Position numbers and translations under genes: made by a program. Positions 50,707 through 59,760 of a stretch of DNA of 64,000 nt are shown one piece after another (the first letter of the stretch is position 1; every line of letters begins with the position of its first letter). The notes under the pieces were generated by a model. That model ran no database searches, was not told the DNA's origin, and saw only the letters and a list, made by a program, of their open reading frames with translations. This DNA is from Candidatus Woesearchaeota archaeon (GTDB taxonomy: Archaea; Nanobdellota; Nanobdellia; Pacearchaeales; GW2011-AR1): assembly GCA_964344105.1 (NCBI GenBank), contig CAYFMD010000001.1, positions 4,671 to 68,670 of the forward strand. The letters are read 5' to 3'.

Positions 50707-51384
50707 ATGGTGAAAGATTTATTTTCAAACAGAAACCTATTAATAATTTTCATAATAGTTGTAGCAGCAATAATAATCTTCACAGCTGGAACTTCAACTG
50801 ATGAAGAAGGCCTAGCACAATCAGGAGTTGACTTTGCAGCACTATTGGGTTTTGTTGGAGATCCTGGAACTCCTAGTCTAGAAGATTTAGCCGGAATTTG
50901 TCAAACTGATGATGATTGTAAGAGTCCAAACAAACCTACTTGCAGCGCTTCAGGATTATGTGAGAAAGGTTGCCAAGATGATGCCCAATGTAATAAATTC
51001 TTTGATATTGGTAAGAGCATTTGTGACCCAGATGGATCATGTCAAGTATGTAAGAACGATGATGGTAACGATGTAAGTATTACTCCAGACACTGGATGCC
51101 CTGCAACGGCCCCAGTTTGTAGCTCAGAACATCAATCATTCAGACAAAAGAGAAGTACAGGTAAGGAGAGCTTATGTGTAGAATGCAATTCAGAAGGATT
51201 CATTGCTTCAGACACTCTAGACAAATCTCCTACAAATAGCCATTGCATAAATAACCCTCTATCTGATGGAGATATATGCCACTTCTACAGATGTGTAGAG
51301 TGTGTATTAAACGGAGACTGCGGAGATGGCTTCCAATACATTTGCAATCAAAATAGATGTGAAAGAAATCCTGCAGTTGTTTAA
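50707..51384 (+). CDS. Cys-rich N-terminally membrane-anchored secreted protein (paralogue family member 3)
   Basis: It has SNRNLLIIFIIVVAAIIIFTAG, then DEEGLAQSGVDFAALLGFVGDPG, then a Cys-rich domain. Confidence 0.55.
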   Translation: MVKDLFSNRNLLIIFIIVVAAIIIFTAGTSTDEEGLAQSGVDFAALLGFVGDPGTPSLEDLAGICQTDDDCKSPNKPTCSASGLCEKGCQDDAQCNKFFDIGKSICDPDGSCQVCKNDDGNDVSITPDTGCPATAPVCSSEHQSFRQKRSTGKESLCVECNSEGFIASDTLDKSPTNSHCINNPLSDGDICHFYRCVECVLNGDCGDGFQYICNQNRCERNPAVV

Positions 51385-51396
51385 AGATTATTAAAA

Positions 51397-52107
51397 TTAT
51401 CTAGCTGAATCAGCTTGCTTCTCACTATCTCTCTTCTTAGACATAGCAGAACTATCCATATCCTTATTGTAAGCCTTCATTATCTCAGCAGACAATGCTT
51501 GCTCAATACTAGTCTTTTTATTAAAACTCTTATCATAAGAACCTTGAACCATATGTCTCAAAGTCATTGTAACTCTTCTCAATGGACTGATATCAACAGC
51601 TTGAGGATATCTCGCACCACCATACTCAATTACTGTAACTCCATCCATCGGAGCTGAATTCTCCAAAGCAGTTACCAAAACTTGAACAGGATTCATCTTC
51701 ATCTTATCCTCAATAATCTTCAAAGTCTCAACAACTATCTTCATATTCTGACTATACTTACCTGTCTTCCATCCAGTTTGAATCTTGTGCTTCTTTCCTC
51801 TATGTCCAGGAACTGCAACTAGGTTAGCAAAAATCTCCAAAAGATTAATCTTAGACTTTCCAAACTTCTCTCTAACTCTACCATGACTCTTAACCATCAA
51901 CTTAGGCTCTAGATTAAAATATCTCTTCATACCAGGGTCAACAATCTTAATATCACTAACATCCCAAAGACCAAACAATTTAAAATTATTTTTATCTTTT
52001 TCAATTTCTGCCATATGGTCAATTACTTCGTCTTCCATGTGACCTGCATCATCTTCAGATGATGTACCTGCTGTCCCTTCTTCCATTTGTACTTCTTGTT
52101 CTGCCAT
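51397..52107 (-). CDS. rps7: Ribosomal protein uS7 with an acidic N-terminal extension
   Basis: It has FGLWD...VDPG(M)KRY and NPVQVLVTALENSAPMDGVTVIEYGGARYPQAVDISPLRRV segments, and ends in SAR. Confidence 0.85.
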   Translation of the reverse strand: MAEQEVQMEEGTAGTSSEDDAGHMEDEVIDHMAEIEKDKNNFKLFGLWDVSDIKIVDPGMKRYFNLEPKLMVKSHGRVREKFGKSKINLLEIFANLVAVPGHRGKKHKIQTGWKTGKYSQNMKIVVETLKIIEDKMKMNPVQVLVTALENSAPMDGVTVIEYGGARYPQAVDISPLRRVTMTLRHMVQGSYDKSFNKKTSIEQALSAEIMKAYNKDMDSSAMSKKRDSEKQADSAR

Positions 52108-52108
52108 C

Positions 52109-52462
52109 TTAAAATCCTAAAATACTATCTAGATGATCCTGACTAAGATCTATGCTCTCAGCACCTGCAGCTATCTTAAAAGTTTCATTTAATTGATTTA
52201 GATCACGAATAACATTTTCCCTAACATTAGGGTCTAGATTTGGATCTCTTACTGCACTACCAATTTGAGATAGTTTTCCCAGAATATTTGCAGTATTTCT
52301 AGCAGATTCTTCAGCAACATAACTAGCCATATCTCCACCAATATAATCAGAACTTTCCGCATCAGCCAAATTAAATGCATGAGGTCTCAAAACCATTTTA
52401 TTTCCATCAGAATCTCTAATTAAATCATAATTATTCATTTTATTCAATAGCCTCCCTAACAA
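52109..52462 (-). CDS. Hypothetical protein F, one of the genes inserted between rps12 and rps7
   Basis: It is an ORF with GC-shifted composition. It overlaps gene E by 23 nt. Confidence 0.4.
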   Translation of the reverse strand: MLGRLLNKMNNYDLIRDSDGNKMVLRPHAFNLADAESSDYIGGDMASYVAEESARNTANILGKLSQIGSAVRDPNLDPNVRENVIRDLNQLNETFKIAAGAESIDLSQDHLDSILGF

Positions 52463-52820
52463 TTTCTTCTAAGATATTACGAGCATCAGCAATCCTATTG
52501 CCTTCTTCACCATTAACTTCATATCCTATCTTTGCTTTTTCTGATCCATATGTAATACTAACACCAACTCCTTCAACTAAAAATGCTCCAACATACCCTT
52601 GGGCGCCATTAGTTTCCATGATTACCTTAATAGAATCATTACTATGATTAATGGCAGCACATCTAATAGGGTTTAAAATATGTCTTGCAAATGCTCCTCT
52701 AACATCTGAAAATTCATCCGCAGTACTATTTCCAGATTTATAAGCAGAAACAACACCTCCATAGTCAAAATCCGAAAAGGATAAATTTCCATATATTTCA
52801 TTACTTTGTTCTGTTTCCAT
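52440..52820 (-). CDS. Hypothetical protein E, inserted between rps12 and rps7. It has weak Roadblock/LC7-like features.
   Basis: The GAFLVEGVGVSITYG pattern supports the call, but the similarity is weak. Confidence 0.35.
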   Translation of the reverse strand: METEQSNEIYGNLSFSDFDYGGVVSAYKSGNSTADEFSDVRGAFARHILNPIRCAAINHSNDSIKVIMETNGAQGYVGAFLVEGVGVSITYGSEKAKIGYEVNGEEGNRIADARNILEEIVREAIE

Positions 52821-52821
52821 T

Positions 52822-53265
52822 TTAATTATCCCTCTCTGAATGATACTCGGTTAAATATCTTCCAATTTTATCTATAGCCTCAAATCTTTTTAATTCATCT
52901 CTATTAGTAATATCAATAGAACATGTATTCATCGGTCTATGATCCAAAAGAACATGGCAATCATCCAATTGGTATCCTACATATCTTCTCTCAGGATTTA
53001 CTAAATCTGGAAGATGTAATGTTCGAATAAGCCCGAAAAATTCTGCATATAGTTTAGAGCTACCTCTAAAAAGAGGTTCCATTATTAAATTATGGAAAGC
53101 ATTACTTGATGTTTCATCTATTAAACAACTGGTATTTCCAGAAGAACTATGGTTACTGGTGTATGAACGTAACAAACCCTCGCCAAGAGCATCAATAAAA
53201 GCAAATCTAGCGTCAATGCTACCAACATGGGGGTCTCTTGTCAAAATTACACTTCCACTAGACAT
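52822..53265 (-). CDS. Hypothetical protein D, inserted between rps12 and rps7
   Basis: The track ORF (to 53322) overlaps rps12, so I set the start at the internal Met MSSGSVIL at 53265, 2 nt from the rps12 stop. Confidence 0.4.
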   Translation of the reverse strand: MSSGSVILTRDPHVGSIDARFAFIDALGEGLLRSYTSNHSSSGNTSCLIDETSSNAFHNLIMEPLFRGSSKLYAEFFGLIRTLHLPDLVNPERRYVGYQLDDCHVLLDHRPMNTCSIDITNRDELKRFEAIDKIGRYLTEYHSERDN

Positions 53266-53266
53266 C

Positions 53267-53689
53267 CTATCTCCTTCCCTTCTCGATCTTACCAGTCCAC
53301 AATCTAGACAACGGCTGATCATTTACTTTTGTAACTTTCCATCTAACACCAGGAATATCTCCCTTAGATCTTCCCTGCTTACCACCAATTCTCTCAATCA
53401 TAACTTCATCGTGCTCATCAATAAACTTCTGAGCCAAATTTCCAGGAATAAACGCTGTAACAACCTTAGAATTCTTAATCAACTGAACCTTGCAACACTT
53501 TCTCATAGCAGAGTTTGGCTGCTTCGCTTCCTTTTGAACCTTCTCCGTAACAATTCCCTTAGCCTGGTTCTTACCACCTAAAGGATCCGATTTCTTAAAC
53601 AAATCAAGAGTCTTCACTTTATACTTACGATCTCTCCATCGAAATTTCCTTCGATTCTTCAATAGTTTTGTTGCATTTCTTAGTCCCAT
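53267..53689 (-). CDS. rps12: Ribosomal protein uS12
   Basis: It has [22 protein letters not shown] and ...[10 protein letters not shown] segments, and the length is 140 aa. Confidence 0.85.
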   Translation of the reverse strand: MGLRNATKLLKNRRKFRWRDRKYKVKTLDLFKKSDPLGGKNQAKGIVTEKVQKEAKQPNSAMRKCCKVQLIKNSKVVTAFIPGNLAQKFIDEHDEVMIERIGGKQGRSKGDIPGVRWKVTKVNDQPLSRLWTGKIEKGRR

Positions 53690-53794
53690 TTGTACTAATT
53701 AATTTACGAGAAACAAGTCTGTACAAGACCACCTTAACTCGTAAATATTATCTAAAGCCACTCAAATATGTTTTGAGTAACAATAACCTATCAT

Positions 53795-53828
53795 CAAAAA
53801 AACAATGGTCTCAAAGACCTTGTTTTTA
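53795..53828 (-). terminator. A short hairpin (GGTCT-CAA-AGACC) flanked by a T7 run on the minus strand and a T5 run on the plus strand. It is a putative terminator between the inserted gene block and rps12.
   Basis: I saw this in the sequence about 100 nt downstream of the 53915 stop. Confidence 0.4.
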
Positions 53829-53914
53829 GGATCATCAGTAATTCCCACACACATAGTGTGTGGTGTGTTAAATTACTGAGATAAAAAGGGTTTAAAAAGG
53901 TTCGCATGGTAAAA

Positions 53915-54121
53915 TTATTTAGCCAGCTTTTCATCAATACTCTTAGAAATAGCTCTAACAATGGATGAACTCATCCCAGTAAATATTGAGATCTCATGAA
54001 CAGAATAAACATATCCATCTAATCCTTCAAGCATACCATAAACTGTTCTCTCATTACGATGTAATCTAGATAATACATCATGCTCCTCACCTGGTAGGTC
54101 CCTCTCATACATAGAAAGCAA
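53915..54121 (-). CDS. Small HTH-like protein C, inserted between nusA and rps12
   Basis: It has an HTH-like segment VHEISIFTGMSSSIVRAISKSIDE. Confidence 0.4.
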   Translation of the reverse strand: MLSMYERDLPGEEHDVLSRLHRNERTVYGMLEGLDGYVYSVHEISIFTGMSSSIVRAISKSIDEKLAK

Positions 54122-54151
54122 TAAACGAAAGAATATAAAAATTTTAGTATA

Positions 54152-54382
54152 TTACAACTCACCCAACTTTCTCATTGCACTATTTCGTGCAGCAATAACT
54201 TCTATTTCAGGTTCTTTAAGTATCCTACGTGCCACAATTCCAGTATCATAGGCATTACCATCTCCCGCACCAGTTGTCAGCATATAAACGTTAAGTTCAA
54301 ATTGTGTTAATCCAGCTCCTATAAATCTATCCCTATCCCTGTCTCTTCCATAATTATTATTTTGACTTCCCATAACAAACAA
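54152..54382 (-). CDS. Hypothetical small protein B, inserted between nusA and rps12
   Basis: It is an ORF with an RDRDRDR tract and GC-shifted composition. Confidence 0.35.
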   Translation of the reverse strand: MFVMGSQNNNYGRDRDRDRFIGAGLTQFELNVYMLTTGAGDGNAYDTGIVARRILKEPEIEVIAARNSAMRKLGEL

Positions 54383-54415
54383 GTTCTCAAGAAGAATATA
54401 AAAATCTTTACAAAA

Positions 54416-55009
54416 CTAGTTTCCACGAGGCTCCAATTCGATAGGGTAGAGACTTAATGCACTTAACCGTTCAAGCACCTGGGCTCTATCCTTATGCGCT
54501 TTAGCCATAATAACTCTACAAGATCTATCATAATCTGGCAGGCTGTTCTTAATGATAAGATCCATATTTGTGTCTCTTAAGCGAGTCTTATTACGCCTAG
54601 AAATCAGATATCTATCCTGTTCATTTCTATTTCCTATATCTACAACAAAAGCCGTAAATCCAGGATCAAAAATACTAGAAAATTCATCATAACCATGTGG
54701 TGCCATTTTGCTATTTGTGTTTGATGGCCACATCCCATAAAAAACGTATTCTTGTGGAGCATAACCCTCAAAATCATCCACAACTTGAGAAACATCAGTA
54801 CTAACAAAATAAGACATGGCGTTACTAGCACCAGGTTTAATTCTATGATCAAATCTTACCAATACTTCAGATCCAATTAAATCACTAGCACCATTTACTA
54901 AAACTTCTCCTCCATTTAATCTAGCCGCTGAACATCTGTCATTTATGTACCTCTCAACAAAGATTTTCTCCAACCTTCCACTTAACGCCTCTTGTGTAAC
55001 ATCTCTCAT
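54416..55009 (-). CDS. Hypothetical protein A (197 aa), inserted between nusA and rps12
   Basis: It is an ORF with GC-shifted composition. Confidence 0.4.
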   Translation of the reverse strand: MRDVTQEALSGRLEKIFVERYINDRCSAARLNGGEVLVNGASDLIGSEVLVRFDHRIKPGASNAMSYFVSTDVSQVVDDFEGYAPQEYVFYGMWPSNTNSKMAPHGYDEFSSIFDPGFTAFVVDIGNRNEQDRYLISRRNKTRLRDTNMDLIIKNSLPDYDRSCRVIMAKAHKDRAQVLERLSALSLYPIELEPRGN

Positions 55010-55043
55010 CGGAACTACAGAAATAACTAATATAAAAATCTTA

Positions 55044-55460
55044 TTACTTTATCCTAACTCTCTTCACACCAAAATACTGCCCAAGAATATTCTCCATCTC
55101 GTTCAATCTAACTTTCCCTCTTCCAATCAAAGCAGCTTTACTTTGCATTCCTGCAGTTATAATAGCCTCATCACCTTTCAACTCAATTCCACTAAACTTA
55201 ATTGGCTTCGTAACCATGCTAACAAATCCTTCAATATCTTCCTTACCATTTGGAATAGCAACAATCTTAATCCTCTTGCCAATAACCTTGCTCAACTTTT
55301 CCAAATTCTGATTATCCTTCCCAATAGCTTTCATAATGAAATGTCTAGGGATAGCAAAAACTATCGCATTATTATACTCAAAACAATGAGTACATCTAAT
55401 CTTTGTAACCTTGTTAAAAAGATTAGCATACCTTATGAACTTCATATCTAAAACTTTCAT
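55044..55460 (-). CDS. nusA: Archaeal NusA homologue (two KH domains)
   Basis: It is 138 aa with a KH-like GKDNQNLEKLSKVIGKRIKIV segment and sits in the conserved position. Confidence 0.8.
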   Translation of the reverse strand: MKVLDMKFIRYANLFNKVTKIRCTHCFEYNNAIVFAIPRHFIMKAIGKDNQNLEKLSKVIGKRIKIVAIPNGKEDIEGFVSMVTKPIKFSGIELKGDEAIITAGMQSKAALIGRGKVRLNEMENILGQYFGVKRVRIK

Positions 55461-55548
55461 TGTATTATTAGAATGTTTATGAAAAACAATCGTATAGTTA
55501 GTTTAAAAACCTTTTTATCACAAAAATACGAAATCACCGACGATAAAA

Positions 55549-56130
55549 TTATGAACCAGAATTTAAATTACAATTCTCAGTATAAAAGTCGCACTTAAAT
55601 TGTTCTAGCTCATTAAGACTTCCACCAGCAGAATCTAAAGTACATTGAATACTATTTTCACAATACCTGCCATTCAAATCATTGGCACTACCAAAAACCC
55701 TATTATCATTATAATTATCAAAATCTGCTTCAAATCCTATCACTCCCTCAAAAACTGGAACCACTGCAATCTTAGAAAGATCCACAGTATTAACATCATC
55801 GTGAGTGAAACCAAACATGCCGACATCTAAATCTCCTAAACCGTCTGGATCTCTATCAACTATATGTGTCTCCCCTTCCTCATTATAAAAAACAAACTTC
55901 AACACATCTATATGTCTAGCTCCTTTCTCAACTCTAAGCAAAACAAAACTCGCATCTGCATCAAGATCAGCCTGAAAAATATTTATCCCAGTGCTATATC
56001 TGTCAACACTAACCTCATCTACAGCACCTCTAATAAACAAATTCACAACATTATACAAAATAATTATGGTTGCCAATATTATCAATATAATTAATACAAC
56101 AACAATAATTCTCGCTTGCCCCTTTTTCAT
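55549..56130 (-). CDS. Type IV pilin-like protein (class III signal peptide), occupying the usual L30e slot
   Basis: The N-terminus is MKKG|QARIIVVVLIILIILATIIILYNVV. Confidence 0.5.
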   Translation of the reverse strand: MKKGQARIIVVVLIILIILATIIILYNVVNLFIRGAVDEVSVDRYSTGINIFQADLDADASFVLLRVEKGARHIDVLKFVFYNEEGETHIVDRDPDGLGDLDVGMFGFTHDDVNTVDLSKIAVVPVFEGVIGFEADFDNYNDNRVFGSANDLNGRYCENSIQCTLDSAGGSLNELEQFKCDFYTENCNLNSGS

Positions 56131-56216
56131 ATCAAGAAAAAGAATATCTCATATTTAAGCTTATTCTAAGAGACTTTCGTTCAGTCCAATAACACTTACC
56201 AATATATCTAGAACGA

Positions 56217-59200
56217 TTATTCAGCACTAGGCTCTTCACTAGCCTTTTCAGAAGTATCTTTTGTATCCTTAGTCAACTTAGCAACACTCTTATCAGCCTT
56301 AGGCTTACTATCTGTCAAAGGACCAGCAACTTCTACCATCAATCCAGGTAATCCAGTACCTACTGGAACAGGCTGATTCAAGATAATATTCTCAATAACC
56401 GAGTTCAACTCATCCTTATTATCCTTCAAAGTAGCATTAACAAACTGCTTAATTGGTGTCTCGAAACTAGCTCTAGCCAAAATAGATGACTTCTGAGAGA
56501 TAATACCCATTCTAGTAATACCCTTAACAACACCTTCATTAGTCATAGCATCACTTATCAACTTAGAGTGTCTACCATCAATATCAAGTCCCTGAGAATT
56601 CAATACCTTACCAATTTCTCTAATAATAACTGCTCTTGCAACCTCAATACCGAAGATATCTGCAACTTCATGGATATCATTACTTACAGTATTAGATGGA
56701 TCAACTTCCTTGAACTTAATTATCTCTTCCAAGTTTGTTCCAGCAGTCAAAATAACATAACCAGTATCTCTCCTAACAACCAAAATTTGGCTAATCCCCT
56801 TAATACCTGAAATCTGAGTATCCTTAACCTTCTCCTTCAACTTATAGATCTCCTTAAAGTCAAGATCCTTTCCATCAAAGACAATCATACTACCACTAAC
56901 CTTAGCAGTTCCCAACTTTCCAGTATCATTCAATCTCTTAACAATAGTATCCAAAGTTGAATGAACCCTCTTAACAGCCTCATTATCTACCGTAGCCTCA
57001 ATCTTCTTATCTGAGAAATTAATCTTAATCTCCTTAATTATATCTTTCAACTTAACTTCTTTAATCTTCTCAGCCAAAACCTTTGCATTCTTCTCATCAT
57101 CATACTGCTTATTCAAATGAATCTCCATTTCTGGTGTTGAAGGGGTTCTTCTAGCGTCAAAAATCTCTATCAATCTTGGAAGACCACTCGTAACCTGCAT
57201 TTCAGCAACTCCTGCGAAGTGGAATACATTCAATGCCATCTGAGTTGATGGCTCTCCAAATGATTGAGCAGTAACAATTCCAATAGCCTCACCAGCACTA
57301 ATATCTTTATCCTCATGCAATCTAGCTACATCCTTTCCATCTTCTCCATACAAGAACTGAATAATTCTTCCACTACCATCTCTAACTGTCTTATCATACT
57401 CAACTCTAATGTCTTGTAGAGCATTAGCCAATCTTCTATATAGATAACCTGACCTAGGTGTTCTCAAAGCGGTATCCATTAACGCGTCTCTTCCAGTTAT
57501 AGCTCCGAAGAAGAACTCATATGGTTTCAATCCACCTAAGAAACTACTATAGATAAATCCTTTAGCCTTTGGTGTAAGATCGTGCTCCTTAAAGAAACTC
57601 AATGTTCTATTATTAAATCCAATTCCAATTCTCTTAGCCCACAAAGCCTGCTGTCCAACGCAACATGCCATCTGTGTAACATTCAATACACTTCCACCAG
57701 ATCCTGATGTCATCATAACACTAACTGGATTTGATTTGTAAATTTCTCTACCAACAATCTTTCCAATCTTTGTTCTAATACCATTCAAAGTCTGCAAAAT
57801 CTTAATCTCTCTAGTCTCTTCATCAGTCTTACCTGGAATAATCTCCAAATTACCCTCGTGGAAATCCTGAATAATCTTCTCAGTTTCCTTCTCAGCATCC
57901 ATAACAACTTGATCAGTTTCTTTCTTAACCTTCTCACTAACATTCAAGTCATCAACTGAAATTGTAAAACCATGATTAGTCAAATAATTTGTACCTAGTG
58001 CAGAAGAAGTCTCTAGAACTTTAATAGCTTCATCTCTACCGAAATCCTTGTCTACAAACTTCAACATGTCTCCAGCTTCTACACCGAAAACCTTCTCATC
58101 AACAATACCCTCACTAATCTTTCCACCCTTAACATTAAATGCACTTCCATCCTTTGCCTTAGCACTATAATCTACCTTTGGAATCAATGTACTAATAACT
58201 TCATTACCCTTAGGATCCTTACCAAACTCCCCTTCAATTCCTGACTGGAACAACAACTGATTAGCTTCAGCCTTATTCAATCCGCCTTGACTCAACAAAT
58301 AATTTCCAGTAACTGCATCAACAATATTTCCTAACAAGTTACTATTATCCTTACAGCTCATCAAATTCTTATTAACATCCATCAAGATCTTAGCTTCTGC
58401 TCTAGCTTCCTCAGTCTGAGGAACGTGGATATTCATCTCGTCACCATCGAAGTCCGCATTATATGGATTTACAGTAGCAGGATGAACTCTAAATGTCTTG
58501 TAAGGAAGAACCTTAACAAAGTGAGCCATTAAACTAGCCTTATGCAAAGATGGGTGTCTATTAAACAATACAACATCTCCTTCAATCAACTGTCTCTCAA
58601 CAACATAACCAATCTCCAACTCTTCCAAAATCTCTTCCTTCAAATCCTGAGTAATTCTCTTCCTTCTACCATCAGGTCTAATTACATAATTAGCAGTTGG
58701 ATAATGTTCATTCAAAATAATCTTCTTCAACTTATCAATATTCATACTGTTAACTTTCTCATTAACTGTCAATAACTCAGCAATCTCATATGGAACACCA
58801 ACTTCATTCAAATGCAAGCTTGGATCTGGAGAAACAACAGTTCTCGACGAGAAATTAACTCTCTTTCCAGCAAGATTGTGTCTAATTCTTCCTTCCTTAC
58901 CCTTTATTCTTTCAGTAATAGTCTTCAATGGCTGTCCTGATCTGTGTCTTGCAGGAGGAATCTTTGTAATTGAATTATCAAAGAATGTAGTAATATGATA
59001 CTGCATCAAATCCCAAAGATCTTCAATAATAACTTCAGGAGCTCCAGCATTCAAGTTCTCCCATAATCTCTGATTAGATCTTATAATATCTGAAAGTTTG
59101 TGGGTCAAATCATCTTCTGATCTCTCACCACTTTCTAGAGTAATACTTGGTCTAACTGTTACAGGTGGAACCAACAATAAAGTAAGAACTGACCATTCAG

Positions 59201-59759
59201 GTCTAAAAATCTCGGGATTCATTCCAGCCAATCTAACTTCTTCATCTGGAATTCTAGCTAATCTATCCCTAATCTCTCCAGGGAACAATCTTTTCTTTCC
59301 AACCTTGAATGTAGTAGGTTTATGCAACTTAACTTTCTCTTGCTCAGCACTACAATGAGGACATTTCTTAGAGTCCTTAGCTCTCTTCAATCTATCCTTG
59401 ATAGTTTTATACTTAGCCATATCCTTCTCTTTAACCATTAACTTGCTACATTCACTACAATAACATCTCAAGAACAACTCAGCTACTGGGATATACTTAA
59501 TATGGAAAACAGGTCTAGCCAACTCAATACTTCCTGGGTGACCTAAACATTCCTTCAATCTACCACCACAAGTTCTACATCTTACACCAGGATCAATAGC
59601 TCCCAACCTTAAATCCATCAAACCACCATCAACTGGATAACCATCTACGTCATATAGTTCTGGAGTAATAATCTTCGCCTTACTCATCTTCTTAATCTCA
59701 TCAGGACTAATCAAAGTAAACTGCAAACTCTCAACTTTTTTCTTTACTGGTCTTTTCAT
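56217..59759 (-). CDS. rpoA: RNA polymerase largest subunit RpoA as a single continuous ORF (A' + A'' fused), 1180 aa
   Basis: It has N-terminal zinc-binding Cys clusters, the NADFDGDEMN active site, a bridge helix and the trigger-loop GEAIGIVTAQSFGEPSTQMALNVFHFAG, all in one frame. Confidence 0.9.
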   Translation of the reverse strand: MKRPVKKKVESLQFTLISPDEIKKMSKAKIITPELYDVDGYPVDGGLMDLRLGAIDPGVRCRTCGGRLKECLGHPGSIELARPVFHIKYIPVAELFLRCYCSECSKLMVKEKDMAKYKTIKDRLKRAKDSKKCPHCSAEQEKVKLHKPTTFKVGKKRLFPGEIRDRLARIPDEEVRLAGMNPEIFRPEWSVLTLLLVPPVTVRPSITLESGERSEDDLTHKLSDIIRSNQRLWENLNAGAPEVIIEDLWDLMQYHITTFFDNSITKIPPARHRSGQPLKTITERIKGKEGRIRHNLAGKRVNFSSRTVVSPDPSLHLNEVGVPYEIAELLTVNEKVNSMNIDKLKKIILNEHYPTANYVIRPDGRRKRITQDLKEEILEELEIGYVVERQLIEGDVVLFNRHPSLHKASLMAHFVKVLPYKTFRVHPATVNPYNADFDGDEMNIHVPQTEEARAEAKILMDVNKNLMSCKDNSNLLGNIVDAVTGNYLLSQGGLNKAEANQLLFQSGIEGEFGKDPKGNEVISTLIPKVDYSAKAKDGSAFNVKGGKISEGIVDEKVFGVEAGDMLKFVDKDFGRDEAIKVLETSSALGTNYLTNHGFTISVDDLNVSEKVKKETDQVVMDAEKETEKIIQDFHEGNLEIIPGKTDEETREIKILQTLNGIRTKIGKIVGREIYKSNPVSVMMTSGSGGSVLNVTQMACCVGQQALWAKRIGIGFNNRTLSFFKEHDLTPKAKGFIYSSFLGGLKPYEFFFGAITGRDALMDTALRTPRSGYLYRRLANALQDIRVEYDKTVRDGSGRIIQFLYGEDGKDVARLHEDKDISAGEAIGIVTAQSFGEPSTQMALNVFHFAGVAEMQVTSGLPRLIEIFDARRTPSTPEMEIHLNKQYDDEKNAKVLAEKIKEVKLKDIIKEIKINFSDKKIEATVDNEAVKRVHSTLDTIVKRLNDTGKLGTAKVSGSMIVFDGKDLDFKEIYKLKEKVKDTQISGIKGISQILVVRRDTGYVILTAGTNLEEIIKFKEVDPSNTVSNDIHEVADIFGIEVARAVIIREIGKVLNSQGLDIDGRHSKLISDAMTNEGVVKGITRMGIISQKSSILARASFETPIKQFVNATLKDNKDELNSVIENIILNQPVPVGTGLPGLMVEVAGPLTDSKPKADKSVAKLTKDTKDTSEKASEEPSAE

Positions 59760-59760
59760 T

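Noticed and set aside
53845-53863. The palindrome CCACACAC-ATA-GTGTGTGG as a CRISPR repeat or tRNA fragment
   Set aside because: It is a single copy with no spacer-repeat periodicity. It is more likely an RNA hairpin or protein-binding site near the terminator of the inserted block, and I kept it as context for that finding only.
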